Made by a program: the position numbers and the translations under genes
Notes under the pieces: model-generated
Told to the model about the DNA's origin: nothing
What the model saw: only the letters and a program-made list of their open reading frames with translations
Databases searched by the model: none
Assembly (NCBI RefSeq): GCF_006345805.1
Contig: NC_043020.1
Coordinates: forward strand, 10,726,001-10,790,000
Reading direction: 5' to 3'
Source of the DNA: Octopus sinensis
Taxonomy: Eukaryota
Length of the DNA stretch: 64,000 nucleotides
Shown: in pieces, positions 39,400 through 49,587 of the stretch
Layout: every line of letters begins with the position of its first letter
Position numbering within the stretch: position 1 is the first letter of the stretch

Positions 39400-39887
39400 C
39401 TAGCCGTGATCTGAGGGGTGGGGGGGGGGGGGGGGGCAAAAACATAACAAGTGTTTTTTCATACGTGAACATGATCCAAAAAGTTCAGTTCTTGAATTTA
39501 GACATGTAGCAGGATCTAAAGACATGTAGCGGGGTCTAAAGAACTTTTCCAGATGAGCTATCTTTCCATAAGGCAAAGACTGCACTTTCCACTGCTGTTG
39601 ATGAAAGGCTTACACTTGGCCAAGATCTTCCACTGAATCTTGTAGCTGACACCTTGTTCTTTTAAGGACCATATATAACTACCTTTACTCTTTACTCTTT
39701 TCCTTGTTTCAGTCATTTGACTGTGCCCATGCTGGAGCACCGCCTTTAGTCGAGCAAACTGACCCCAGGACTTATTCTTTGTAAGCCTAGTACTTATTCT
39801 ATCGGCCTCTTTTGCTTAACCGCTAAGTTACGGGGACTTAAACACACCAACATCGGTTGTCAAGCAATGTTGGGAGGACAAACACAG

Positions 39888-39920
<33 letters not shown>

Positions 39921-40290
39921 CATATACACGACAGGCTTCTTTCAGTTTCCATCTACCAAATCCATCACAAAGCTTTGGTTGGCCCGAGGCTATAGTAGAA
40001 GACACTTGACCAAAGTGCCACGCAGTGGGACTGAACCCGGAACCATGTGGTTGGTAAACAAGCTACTTACCACAGAGCCACTCTTTTATCCCAGAGTCTG
40101 AAGCTTAAAGTGTGATTATTGAACCTGGCTTTAAAATTTTCCTCTGTGAGACACACATATTTCTTTGATAAAACTGTGTCCTTAGCAGTCATAGAATCTA
40201 CGATGGCTTCATAAATGATGATCCTGGTCATGCAAGCTCCATTTAGCAGACACAAGCCTTTATCTCTATGGGAACAGCCGGCTTCATTTC
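39400..40290 (-). mobile_element. Inverted copy of the same GIY-YIG PLE fragment, interrupted by a SINE (about 39682-40083)
   Basis: Same peptide motifs on the minus strand; shares a private ~20-bp tandem duplication (tttagaccc.gctacatgtc x2) with the plus-strand copy. Confidence 0.85.
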
Positions 40291-40928
40291 ATTGCTTCTG
40301 TGTGTTGTGTGAAATTATATGCACACACGTGTATGTCAGTGAGAATATAGCCATGGTTGACCTCACTTTCGTACGACTGGCCCACTTAAAAGCCTCCTAT
40401 AATCATCAGGCAATATATCGTGCTTGTGAAGACCTGTTGAACTGAGTGAAATCATAGTCATGGCCACTGCCAGTGCTGCCTGGCTGGCACCTGTGCCAGT
40501 GGCACATAAAAAGCACCATTCGTATGTGGTCGATGCCAACAACGATGATGATTAGTGGAGGTGCTACATATTAGTGAGAGCACTATATATTAGTGAAGGT
40601 GCGTGGAGTAGTGGTGAGGGCATTCGACTCACGATCATAAGGCCGTGAGTTCGATTCCTGGCAACACATTGCGTCCTTAAGCAAGACACTTTATTTTACA
40701 TTGCTCCAGTCCTTCAGCTGGCAAAAATGAGTAGTACCTGTATTTCAAAGGGCCAGCCTTGTCACACTCTGTGTCACACTGAATCCCCTTGAGAACTAAG
40801 TTAAGGGTACACATGTCTGTGGAGTGCTCAGCCACTTGCATGTTAATTGCACGAGCAAGCTGTTCCATTGATCATATCAGCTGGGACCCTCGTCGTCATA
40901 ACCAATGGAGTGCTCCTTTTATATATAT

Positions 40929-40981
<53 letters not shown>

Positions 40982-41370
40982 TATATACTCTTTACTCTTT
41001 TACTTGTTTCAGTCATTTGACTGCGGCCATGCTGGAGCACCACCTTTAATGGGGCAACTCGACCCCGGGACCTATTGCTTTGTAAGCCCAGTACTTATTC
41101 TATCGGTCTCTTTGCCAAACCACCAAGTAACGGGGACATAAACACACCAGCATCAGTTGTCAAGCAATGCTAGGGGCACAAACACAGACACACACACGCA
41201 TATATATATATATACATATATAAGACAGGCTTCTTTCAGTTTCCGTCTACCAAATCCACTCACAAGGCTTTGGTCGGCCCGAGGCTATAGTAGAAGACAC
41301 TTGCCCGAGGTGCCACGCAGTGGGACTGAACCCGAACCATGTGGTTGGTAAGCAAGCTACTTACCACACA

Positions 41371-42228
41371 GCCGGCTGTTCTCACAGAGATAAAGACTTG
41401 TGCCTGCTAAATGGAGCTTGCATTACCAGGACCATCATTTATGAAGCCACCTTAGATTCTACGACCGCTAAGGACATAGTTTTGTCAAAGAAATATGTGG
41501 GTCCCACAGAGGAAGATTTTAAAACCAGGTTCAATAATCACACTTTAAGCTTCAGACACTGGGATAAAAGAAAAGCAACCAAATTATCCAGTTATATATG
41601 GTCCTTAAAAGAACAAGGTGTCAGCTACAAGATTCAATGGAAGATCTTGGCCAAGTTTTGTGTGTCTGTGTTTGTCCTCCCAACATTGCTTGACAACCGA
41701 TGTTGGTGTGTTTAAGTCCCCGTAACTTAGCGGTTAAGCAAAAGAGGCCGATAGAATAAGTACTGGGCTTACAAAGAATAAGTCCTGGGGTCAGTTTGCT
41801 CGACTAAAGGCGGTGCTCCAGCATGGGCACAGTCAAATGACTGAAACAAGGAAAAGAGTAAAAAGTAAAGGGAGTTATATATGGTCCTTAAAAGAACAAG
41901 GTGTCAGCTACAAGATTCAGTGGAAGATCTTGGCCAAGTGTAAGCCTTACATCAACAGCAGTGGAAAGTGCAGTCTTTGCGATATGGAAAGATAGCTCAT
42001 CTGGAAAAGTTCTTTAGACCCCGCTACATGTCTTTAGACCCTGCTACATGTCTAAATTCAAGAACTGAACTTTTTCGATCATGTTCACATAGGACAAAAT
42101 ACTTGTTACGTTTTTGCCCCACCCCCCCTAGCGGTCATAGAATCTAAAGTGGCTTCATAAATGATGGTCCTGGTCATGCAAGGTCCATTTAGCAGGCACA
42201 AGTCTTTATCTCTGTGAGAACAGCCGGC
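41371..42228 (+). mobile_element. GIY-YIG endonuclease 3' fragment of a second PLE lineage (Naiad-like by recollection), with SINE insert and inverted 5' copy
   Basis: CSHRDKDLCLLNGAC...IIYEA...KYVG..EEDFKTRFNNHTLSFR...LSSYIWSLK...WKIL...CSLC...LNSRTELF. 42132-42228 is an inverted copy of 41371-41467. Confidence 0.85.
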
Positions 42229-42336
42229 TTCATGTTGTCGCTTTTGTGTGGTGTGTGAAATTATATATTTAAAATAATAATAATAACATCGAAAAATACC
42301 TTAGGAGTGAAAACCCAGGTTCGAAATTTCCGCAAA

Positions 42337-42380
42337 ACACCTCATGAAGGCTGGAGGGTATATCAGCCGAAACGTTGTGT
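42337..42380 (+). ncRNA. Minimal type-I hammerhead motif, different family (G5C)
   Basis: ACAC CTCATGA a GGCTG-gagggtatat-CAGCC GAAA CGTT^GTGT. Confidence 0.75.
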
Positions 42381-42419
42381 TACAACAAGATGAGGACAAA
42401 TATCTGTCAAATGTAAATA

Positions 42420-42422
42420 ATG

Positions 42423-42459
<37 letters not shown>

Positions 42460-42528
42460 TATTATATATATAATATATGTATACATATATATATTGTATA
42501 CATATATATATATATGTATACATATATA

Positions 42529-42582
<54 letters not shown>

Positions 42583-42894
42583 GTATATATATATGTATAT
42601 GTATATATACTATATATACATATATATATATATATACATATATATTATATATATGTATATATATGTATATGTAATATATTATGTATATGTATCTATATAT
42701 GTATATGTATATATATGTATATGTATATATATGTATATGTATATATATATGTATATGTATATATAATGTATATGTATATATATGTATATGTATATTATAG
42801 TATATGTATATATATGTATATATATATATGTATATATATATGATATGTATATGTATATGTATATTATATATAATATGTATATATATATATTATG

Positions 42895-42929
<35 letters not shown>

Positions 42930-42949
42930 GTATATATATATAATATATG

Positions 42950-42982
<33 letters not shown>

Positions 42983-42998
42983 GTATATATATTATATG

Positions 42999-43032
<34 letters not shown>

Positions 43033-43070
43033 GATAGATAATAGATAGATAGATATAGATAGATGGATAG
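42420..43070. repeat. Long degenerate (TA)n/(TATG)n microsatellite (similar tracts at about 18740-18880, 44950-45200, 47659-47990, 55517-55770 and 57005-57235)
   Basis: Read directly. Confidence 0.95.
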
Positions 43071-43706
43071 ATAGACAGAAAGACAGACACACGCACGCAT
43101 ACACACACTGAAGGGGAATATGCATTTGTGTGTGCGTGTACACACATACATTTACACACCTGTCTATCTCTTTATGTGTGTATGTTTGTAGGATGGGTTT
43201 ATATGAAACTGAACTGGTATTCCCCTCTCTCAAAAATAACTTCGGAATCATCGACCTTATTCTATTCCTTGTCTTCTATAACGATTTCCTGTTCCACATT
43301 GTCGAAGGCGGAAAAAAATATTATCTCTTTTTGTACACATGAATCAAATAGTTTGAACTTTTAAGAGATATCAGAAATGTACGTTCAATCCTTTATCATT
43401 CAGATTTTTATGTCAAATGTAATGCTTTTTCATTCACAATGTTTTTTAATTAATTCTGCATTATTTTATTGCGATGAAATTTTGATGACAAGAGGCATTG
43501 ATGTGTAGGTGTGATAGGCTGGATCTGGTCGGTTAGAAGATAACACACGTAGGATATTTGGGTCAGATATGGCCAGTTTATATGCTAAAGGGTTTAATAT
43601 ATCATGCATGTCTACACATCACACATGCACACACAAGCACAGCAAATCTCCAAAGGTTTCAGTGACTTCTCATTGCCTGATGAGGTCCAATGTTTGAAGG
43701 ACATGC

Positions 43707-44500
43707 TTGAAGCTTCGAATGATTTTGTCTGTGTTCCGTGTTCGTCCCTTCCTGTATTTCAACGTTATTATATATAAAAACATTCATTCTTATATTATTG
43801 CGGCGTTACGTGCACCCCCCCCCCCCCCGTTTTGTTTGTCCAATTTAAAACCCTGCACGACTTCTATACACACTGTCTTTTACTACCCGCCATTGCTTCT
43901 TCACCAAACTTTTTGGCGCCCTCCGATTCTTCCCTCTCTTCCTCCCATCCTCCTTAATCCCTTCTTTCTCCTTCTCTCTTGGTCACTGATTCTGTCCCCT
44001 GCCTTCCACCCTCTTTGATTCCCTCTCTCTCTGTCTCTCTTTCTCTCTCTCCTGCGACCTGCTGCTTCTTCAACATTCAACCATTCTGTTGGCCTTCGTA
44101 TCTCGACAACATGTGTCCCCGCTACTGAAACGTAATTATTTCTAACGCCAGCTGCTATGTTGTTGTTGTTTTGTCTCATTTGGTCTAAAGTCGTATGACA
44201 CCACCGTTATATATATTTGTTTTTTCATTACTGTTTTCAATTTCGTTTTCGTCTCTTGTATTCACATCCGTCTTGTGCGTTCACATTCCTGTCTTCTACC
44301 AAGAAATCTATGCTTACAGCTTAGTTTTTTTTCTTGGGGCTGGCCGAGTTGGAGCAAATATCAGAATTGAACAGCCGAAATTTGCCTATGATGATTCGGT
44401 GTCTGACTGAAGATTGAAGGCTTCGAATGATTTGTCTGTGTTCCGTGTTCGTCCCTTCCTGTATTTCACGTTCATTATATATAAAAACATTCATTCTTAT
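43707..44500 (+). mobile_element. Non-coding direct-repeat-bounded element (non-autonomous PLE or retrozyme-like), copy A
   Basis: About 85-bp direct repeats (43707-43790 and 44415-44500), CT-rich interior, structured RNA motif, 3' end in (TA)n. Confidence 0.7.
44338..44413 (+). ncRNA. Candidate permuted/pseudoknotted hammerhead ribozyme, copy A
   Basis: GGCTG..GCAAAT A^TCAGA..CAGCC GAAA TTTGC..TCTGA CTGAAGA. All three helices and the core nucleotides are present, in a non-canonical order. Confidence 0.6.
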
Positions 44501-44591
44501 ATATATATATATATATATGTGCGTGTGTGTATGTATATATATATATATATATGTGTGTATATATATATATATATAGATGTATATATGTATA

Positions 44592-44637
<46 letters not shown>

Positions 44638-44852
44638 CATATATATATATAATATACTCTCTTTACTTTTTACTTGTTTCAGTCATTTGACTGCAGTCTT
44701 GCTGGAGCATCGCCTTTAGTTGAACAAATCGATCCCAGGACTTATTCTATCGCTCTCTTTTGCCAAACCGCTAAGTGACGGTGACGTAAACACACCAGCA
44801 CCAGTTGTCAAGCAATGCTAGGGGGACAAATACAGACACACAAACATACACG

Positions 44853-44886
<34 letters not shown>

Positions 44887-44990
44887 CATATATACAGCCT
44901 CGATACAGCCTTGTGGCCTGCCAGCCCTCAATCAAACTTTCCAACCCATGCGCACATGGAAAGCGGACATTAAACGATGGTGATGATGAC

Positions 44991-45040
<50 letters not shown>

Positions 45041-45045
45041 ATATG

Positions 45046-45077
<32 letters not shown>

Positions 45078-45118
45078 TTATATATATATATATAATATTA
45101 TATGAATATATTTATGTA

Positions 45119-45161
<43 letters not shown>

Positions 45162-45205
45162 ATTTATGTATATATTATGAATATTATATATATATATTAT
45201 ATATA

Positions 45206-46630
45206 TCTTATTATAAAAGGCAGATTTTATCTGCCTCCATTTGTAAGTTATAAAATCTACAATATAGGATTTCTTCAATTACATTTACCTAGCATTTTTA
45301 AGAGTAGAATGCATCGGTCATGCCAGGTCCAGTTTTTAAAATTTAAACTCCAATTAAGCAAATTTACAGAAACTCACATTCTGGTGGTATGTCAAATGCT
45401 TTTCTTAGTCTGGTTTACAGCACATGCAAACGCACACACAACAGTGTGCAACGAATAAAAGAAAGTAAATTAGCGACAGAGTGATTTGAGAAGACTAAAC
45501 TGAAAGTATTTAAACCACTACTCAAAAATAAAAAAACACAGCAAACAAAACAAATAAATACATAACGATTTACTCCTCACACAATTTTCTTCAATTAGAT
45601 TTTCCTAAGATTTTCAAAGTACTCCATTCGCTCATGCCATAATATATTTCTTCAATTTCACCCCCCCAATTAAGACCAAATTCGAGAAAACTCAATATTT
45701 TAACATTCACTCTCACTCTCCGAAAGCATTGATGTCCATGTGTGCGTGCGTGAGTGTGTGTGTGTGTGTGTGTGTTTGATGGGTTTTGCGACACAGAAAG
45801 TGTGGTGTTTAATTAAGTGCTTTTGTTTTAGTGTGTGTAAAGAGACAGACAGAGTGAAAGACAGAAATAACTGAAGTTTTCACTATGATATCATCACGTG
45901 CGAAAAATTCGAAGGGTTTGAACAATTGAGATACAGATGTCACGCCTGTATTGAAACCATTGCTAAGCTGCCGTAATGCTTAATTAATACTTTGTTTAAT
46001 TGAAAGGGCAAATATGTGACGAGGTTGAAAAAATACCCCAGAAAAAAAAATGTACTGCGGTATTTATATAATTCACTACTATTTTGCTACAATGTCATGA
46101 AAAGAAAAAATTTAGGTATGTAAATCGAATTCGCCACCCCCTTTTCCCCGTTCGCGTTTGTGTAAAAAAAATATTTAAGTTTTAAAAATTATTTACTTTG
46201 TTCAAAAATATTAATATTAATTAATTTTCAAGAATTTATTAATTTTATTCTGTAAAATAGTAATTAATTCATTTATCTGTAAATCCGCGAGGTTGTTACT
46301 CAGGCACCTACAATGGTAACCTTCAACAACACTATCTCCTCCGAGACCCTGCGGCGCAAGTTGACCAAAATTGAGAGTATGGTAGAAGAAGGGTTTGCTC
46401 TTCCTTCCGTAGAACATAAATTCAAATCGGACCATGTTAACACCAAACATTATTTACATCAAAAAGATGCTTTTTTCTATGAAAATCCCTATTTTTTACG
46501 ATTTTTTTACTGCTTGTCGCCACTTTTCGGTGTATTTCGACCAGAAAAATGTTCACAAAATTTTTACTTTTCAAAATTACAATTCCAGCGGGTCGAAACA
46601 AACCCGAGCAACGCCGGGTGATACTGCTAG
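45206..46630 (+). mobile_element. Non-autonomous Helitron
   Basis: 5' A|TCTTATTATAAAAGGCAG; 3' hairpin CCCG-agcaacgc-CGGG followed by CTAG|T. Confidence 0.75.
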
Positions 46631-46741
46631 TATATTATATATATATGTATATATATGTAAAGTTAATCCAAACATGAAAACACAACAACGCGAGGACGTG
46701 GAACAAGTATAGTATTACTGGACACTCAGGAAAGCAGGAGG

Positions 46742-46776
46742 GTTTAACGTTTCGAGCGGAGCTCTTTATCAGAAAC
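46742..46776 (-). ncRNA. Minimal hammerhead motif in a solo PLE 3'-end fragment (about 46655-46855)
   Basis: Minus strand: GTTT CTGATAA a GAGC-tcc-GCTC GAAA CGTT^AAAC (G8A). Confidence 0.78.
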
Positions 46777-46999
46777 ATAGGAAAAGGAAAGATCCAAAGA
46801 AGGGAAGACGGAGGAAAAAAAAATCGCCAATGGTACACACGCGGTCAGATTTTGAGATGTGTATATGTATACACATAAGTGCATGTGTATGTGAGCAAGT
46901 GAGTGAGTGTCTGTGCAGTATATACTGTATATATGTATGTGTCTATACATATTTTGTGTATATATATGTATGAGTGTGTACGTGTTTATGTTTGCATGA

Positions 47000-47360
47000 G
47001 TACAAGGGGGTACCCAAAAGTAACAGGAAATGTTCCTCTGTGGGACATGCCCATTATAGTTCAGGCCCTCTGTGGCCCTCAGGCTCCAGTATGCCACTGG
47101 CGGTGGCAAGTTTAGACCTACTGTCACATAGCGTGTCGTTGTTTTGCAGTGCTTCTTCCCTTGTTCATTGAGTTTTGCGATAGCTGAAATGAAGGAACAG
47201 CATGCTAACCATGAATTCTGTTTTCTGCTGGGAAAACAGTGCCGAAACAGTTGTCATGCTTCTACATTATGCTGCCTTGAGCAAACATGTTTACAAATGG
47301 TTGTCAGTCTTTAGAAAAAAGGTCACTTGTCGCTTGAGAGCATCCCGAAAGTTCATGGAC
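47000..47360 (+). mobile_element. Mariner transposon 5' remnant
   Basis: TIR-like agggggtacccaaaagt; degraded MKEQ..FCFLLGKT.AETVVML...QVY.WF..F.KG...LE. Confidence 0.65.
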
Positions 47361-47558
47361 TGATCTTGGAGGACCATCTATTTCTTTACTACCCACCAGG
47401 GGCTAAACACAGAGGGACAAACAAGCACAGACTAAGGGATTAAGTCTATTACATTGACCCCAGTGCGTAACTGGTTTAATTTATCGAGCCCGAAAGAATG
47501 AAAGGCAAAGTCGACCTCAGCAGAATTTGAACCGAACGTAAAGACCGGCGAAATACCA

Positions 47559-47658
47559 NNNNNNNNNNNNNNNNNNNNNNNNNNNNNNNNNNNNNNNNNN
47601 NNNNNNNNNNNNNNNNNNNNNNNNNNNNNNNNNNNNNNNNNNNNNNNNNNNNNNNNNN
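47559..47658. other. Assembly gap (100 N)
   Basis: Run of N; true size unknown. Confidence 0.99.
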
Positions 47659-47991
47659 TATATATATGTATATATATACATATATATATATACAACATAT
47701 ATATATATATATATACTGTATATATGTATATATGTACATATATTGTATATGTATATATATACATATAATATATACCATTATTATATATATATATATATAT
47801 ATGTATATATGTAATATATATATATGTACATATATATTTATATATGTATATTATATATTATATATATATTTATTATATTATATATATATATATATGTATA
47901 TATATTATATATATAATGTATATATATATATAGATATATATATATATATATGTATTATATATATATATATATTATGTATATATATATTATA

Positions 47992-48372
47992 CTAGCAGTA
48001 TCGCCCGGCGTGCTCAGGTTTGTAAAGGGACAATAACTATTAAAGCATTTTTAGATGAGTTATAGCCAAAAATAAGAAAAAAAATGGAAAAATGATGGTA
48101 AATTTTTTTGAGAGTTAAAAAGGTGGAGTTGCGTCCCCTAGACGTTCTGTGGTTGGTTTCTGATTCTCGACCCATGTCCGAATTTATCGATTTTTTCAGC
48201 TGGTGGAACTTTTCAAAATTTTATTTTTTTCGATGCGTTAGTTTTGAATTATGACATTGGGCTATGTTGTTGTCAATTCATCATAATCGGTTGAAAGCCG
48301 TGGTCAGGGTGAGGGTCACGAGAAACGACACACAGAAACGCACAGACAAACTGCCGTTTATATAGAGAGAGA
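47992..48372 (-). mobile_element. Short non-autonomous Helitron
   Basis: Minus-strand 5' TCTCTCTATATAAACGGCAG; 3' ...gccgggcgatactgCTAG|T, similar to the end at 46630. Confidence 0.75.
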
Positions 48373-48397
48373 TATATATATGTATAATATATTATAT

Positions 48398-49272
48398 ACG
48401 CGCACATACGCACTTACGCCGGCTCGCGTTGCATACGCGTCGCATACACCTCGCCCTTGGACCTGACGAGACCTCCCGCCCGTTCCTGGGACCGTCGCGT
48501 GTCGTTGGGTTTTCCCACGCCTGTCTCCGCGGTACCACTCTTCCATCTTCCCCTCAGCTGGAGTCCTTTTTCCTTAACCCCCCCCCTTTTTCGTTACACA
48601 CACGCGCACACATATACACACCTTGCCTATATATATACATCACTCTTACACACATTCAATCTACTCATTAATACCACCACGACACTGGACACACACACAC
48701 ACTACTACTCAACACACGCTGGCACGCTACATACGCCCCCACCCCTTCCCCTCCCTCCCTTCCTCCTTCCTTCTTTTTCTTACTACTGACCTCCCTTCCT
48801 CCTTCCTTCTTTTTCTTGTCTGCTAGCTGACCACTAGTCTCGCCCTACCTCACACGCCTACACACAGACGCACACACTAACACACACATATATTTTTTTG
48901 TTTTTTCATCTCGCCTCACACACACACATACACACACGCACATGCACACACTCACACATACACACACATCTGTTGGGTTACCAACCTTGTCTCCACTCTT
49001 TTGCCTTTAAAAACCCACTTTGCTCTTGTTATCGTCAACATCCGCCTTTCACCATGTGCAACTCGTAAACACCAGTCGTCTTTTTTCTCTTTCCCTGTTG
49101 CCCGCTCTGGGATCTTTCTTTCCTCTCTCTTCCTTCTTTATGTTTCGACGAAGAGCTCCGCTCGAAACGTCATACCTCCCTGCTTCCATCTCCTGAGCGC
49201 CTATTAATAATAATACTGTAATTGTTCCTGTTGTTGTTGTTTTTTTGTTTCCCTTTTTGGATTAAAATTATA
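48398..49272 (+). repeat. PLE 5' pseudo-LTR (direct repeat 1)
   Basis: Near-identical to 54640-55516 (acgcgcacatacgcacttacgccggc ... ttttggattaaaattata). Confidence 0.92.
49142..49175 (+). ncRNA. Minimal type-I hammerhead ribozyme in PLE 5' pLTR (one C missing from the core)
   Basis: GTTT CGACGA a GAGC-tcc-GCTC GAAA CGTC^ATAC. Confidence 0.75.
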
Positions 49273-49587
49273 CCACTGCGCGCCTACACGGACCCCTGTA
49301 CCTTGGATACCAACTCTCGGATTTTTTGCACCTACGGATTATTGTTACCATTCTTCCTGACCTACGGATCACCTGCAACCTTCTTCCGGAGTACCGCTTA
49401 CCGTGATGTAAAATCATTACTTAATCTGTCCGTTGACTCTCAAATCTCTTTCCTGACTTTTTTTCAACCTTTTCTATTGTTTTCAAACTGTCTTCACCCT
49501 TTTTCTTCTTTCGTTGTTTTCCTGTTGTCTCTCCTTTTTCCTGCTTCGCCACCACCCACCTTTACCTGGTTGCCACCACCTCTCATC

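Larger units (their letters stand above)
38851..43707. repeat. Outer arms (38851-39370 and 43190-43707) of a large inverted duplication
   Basis: gcatgtccttcaaacattggacctcatc...aaacccatcct versus aggatgggttt...gaggtccaatgtttgaaggacatgc. Confidence 0.88.

Noticed and set aside
41371-42125. Selenocysteine (UGA) recoding as reported for some Naiad PLEs
   Set aside because: The conserved Cys positions I could read are TGT/TGC, and I saw no SECIS-like element.
44336-44413. HDV-like ribozyme reading of the structured motif
   Set aside because: Only 5-6 nt lie between the would-be P2 and the P1 3' strand, too short for P3/L3. P1 would be only 5 bp.
44407-44440. Standard type-I/III hammerhead using CTGAAGA...ttcGAA downstream
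   Set aside because: The downstream GAAA is not conserved (GAAT, AAAT, GAAC in different copies), and no consistent stem III or stem I partner exists across copies.
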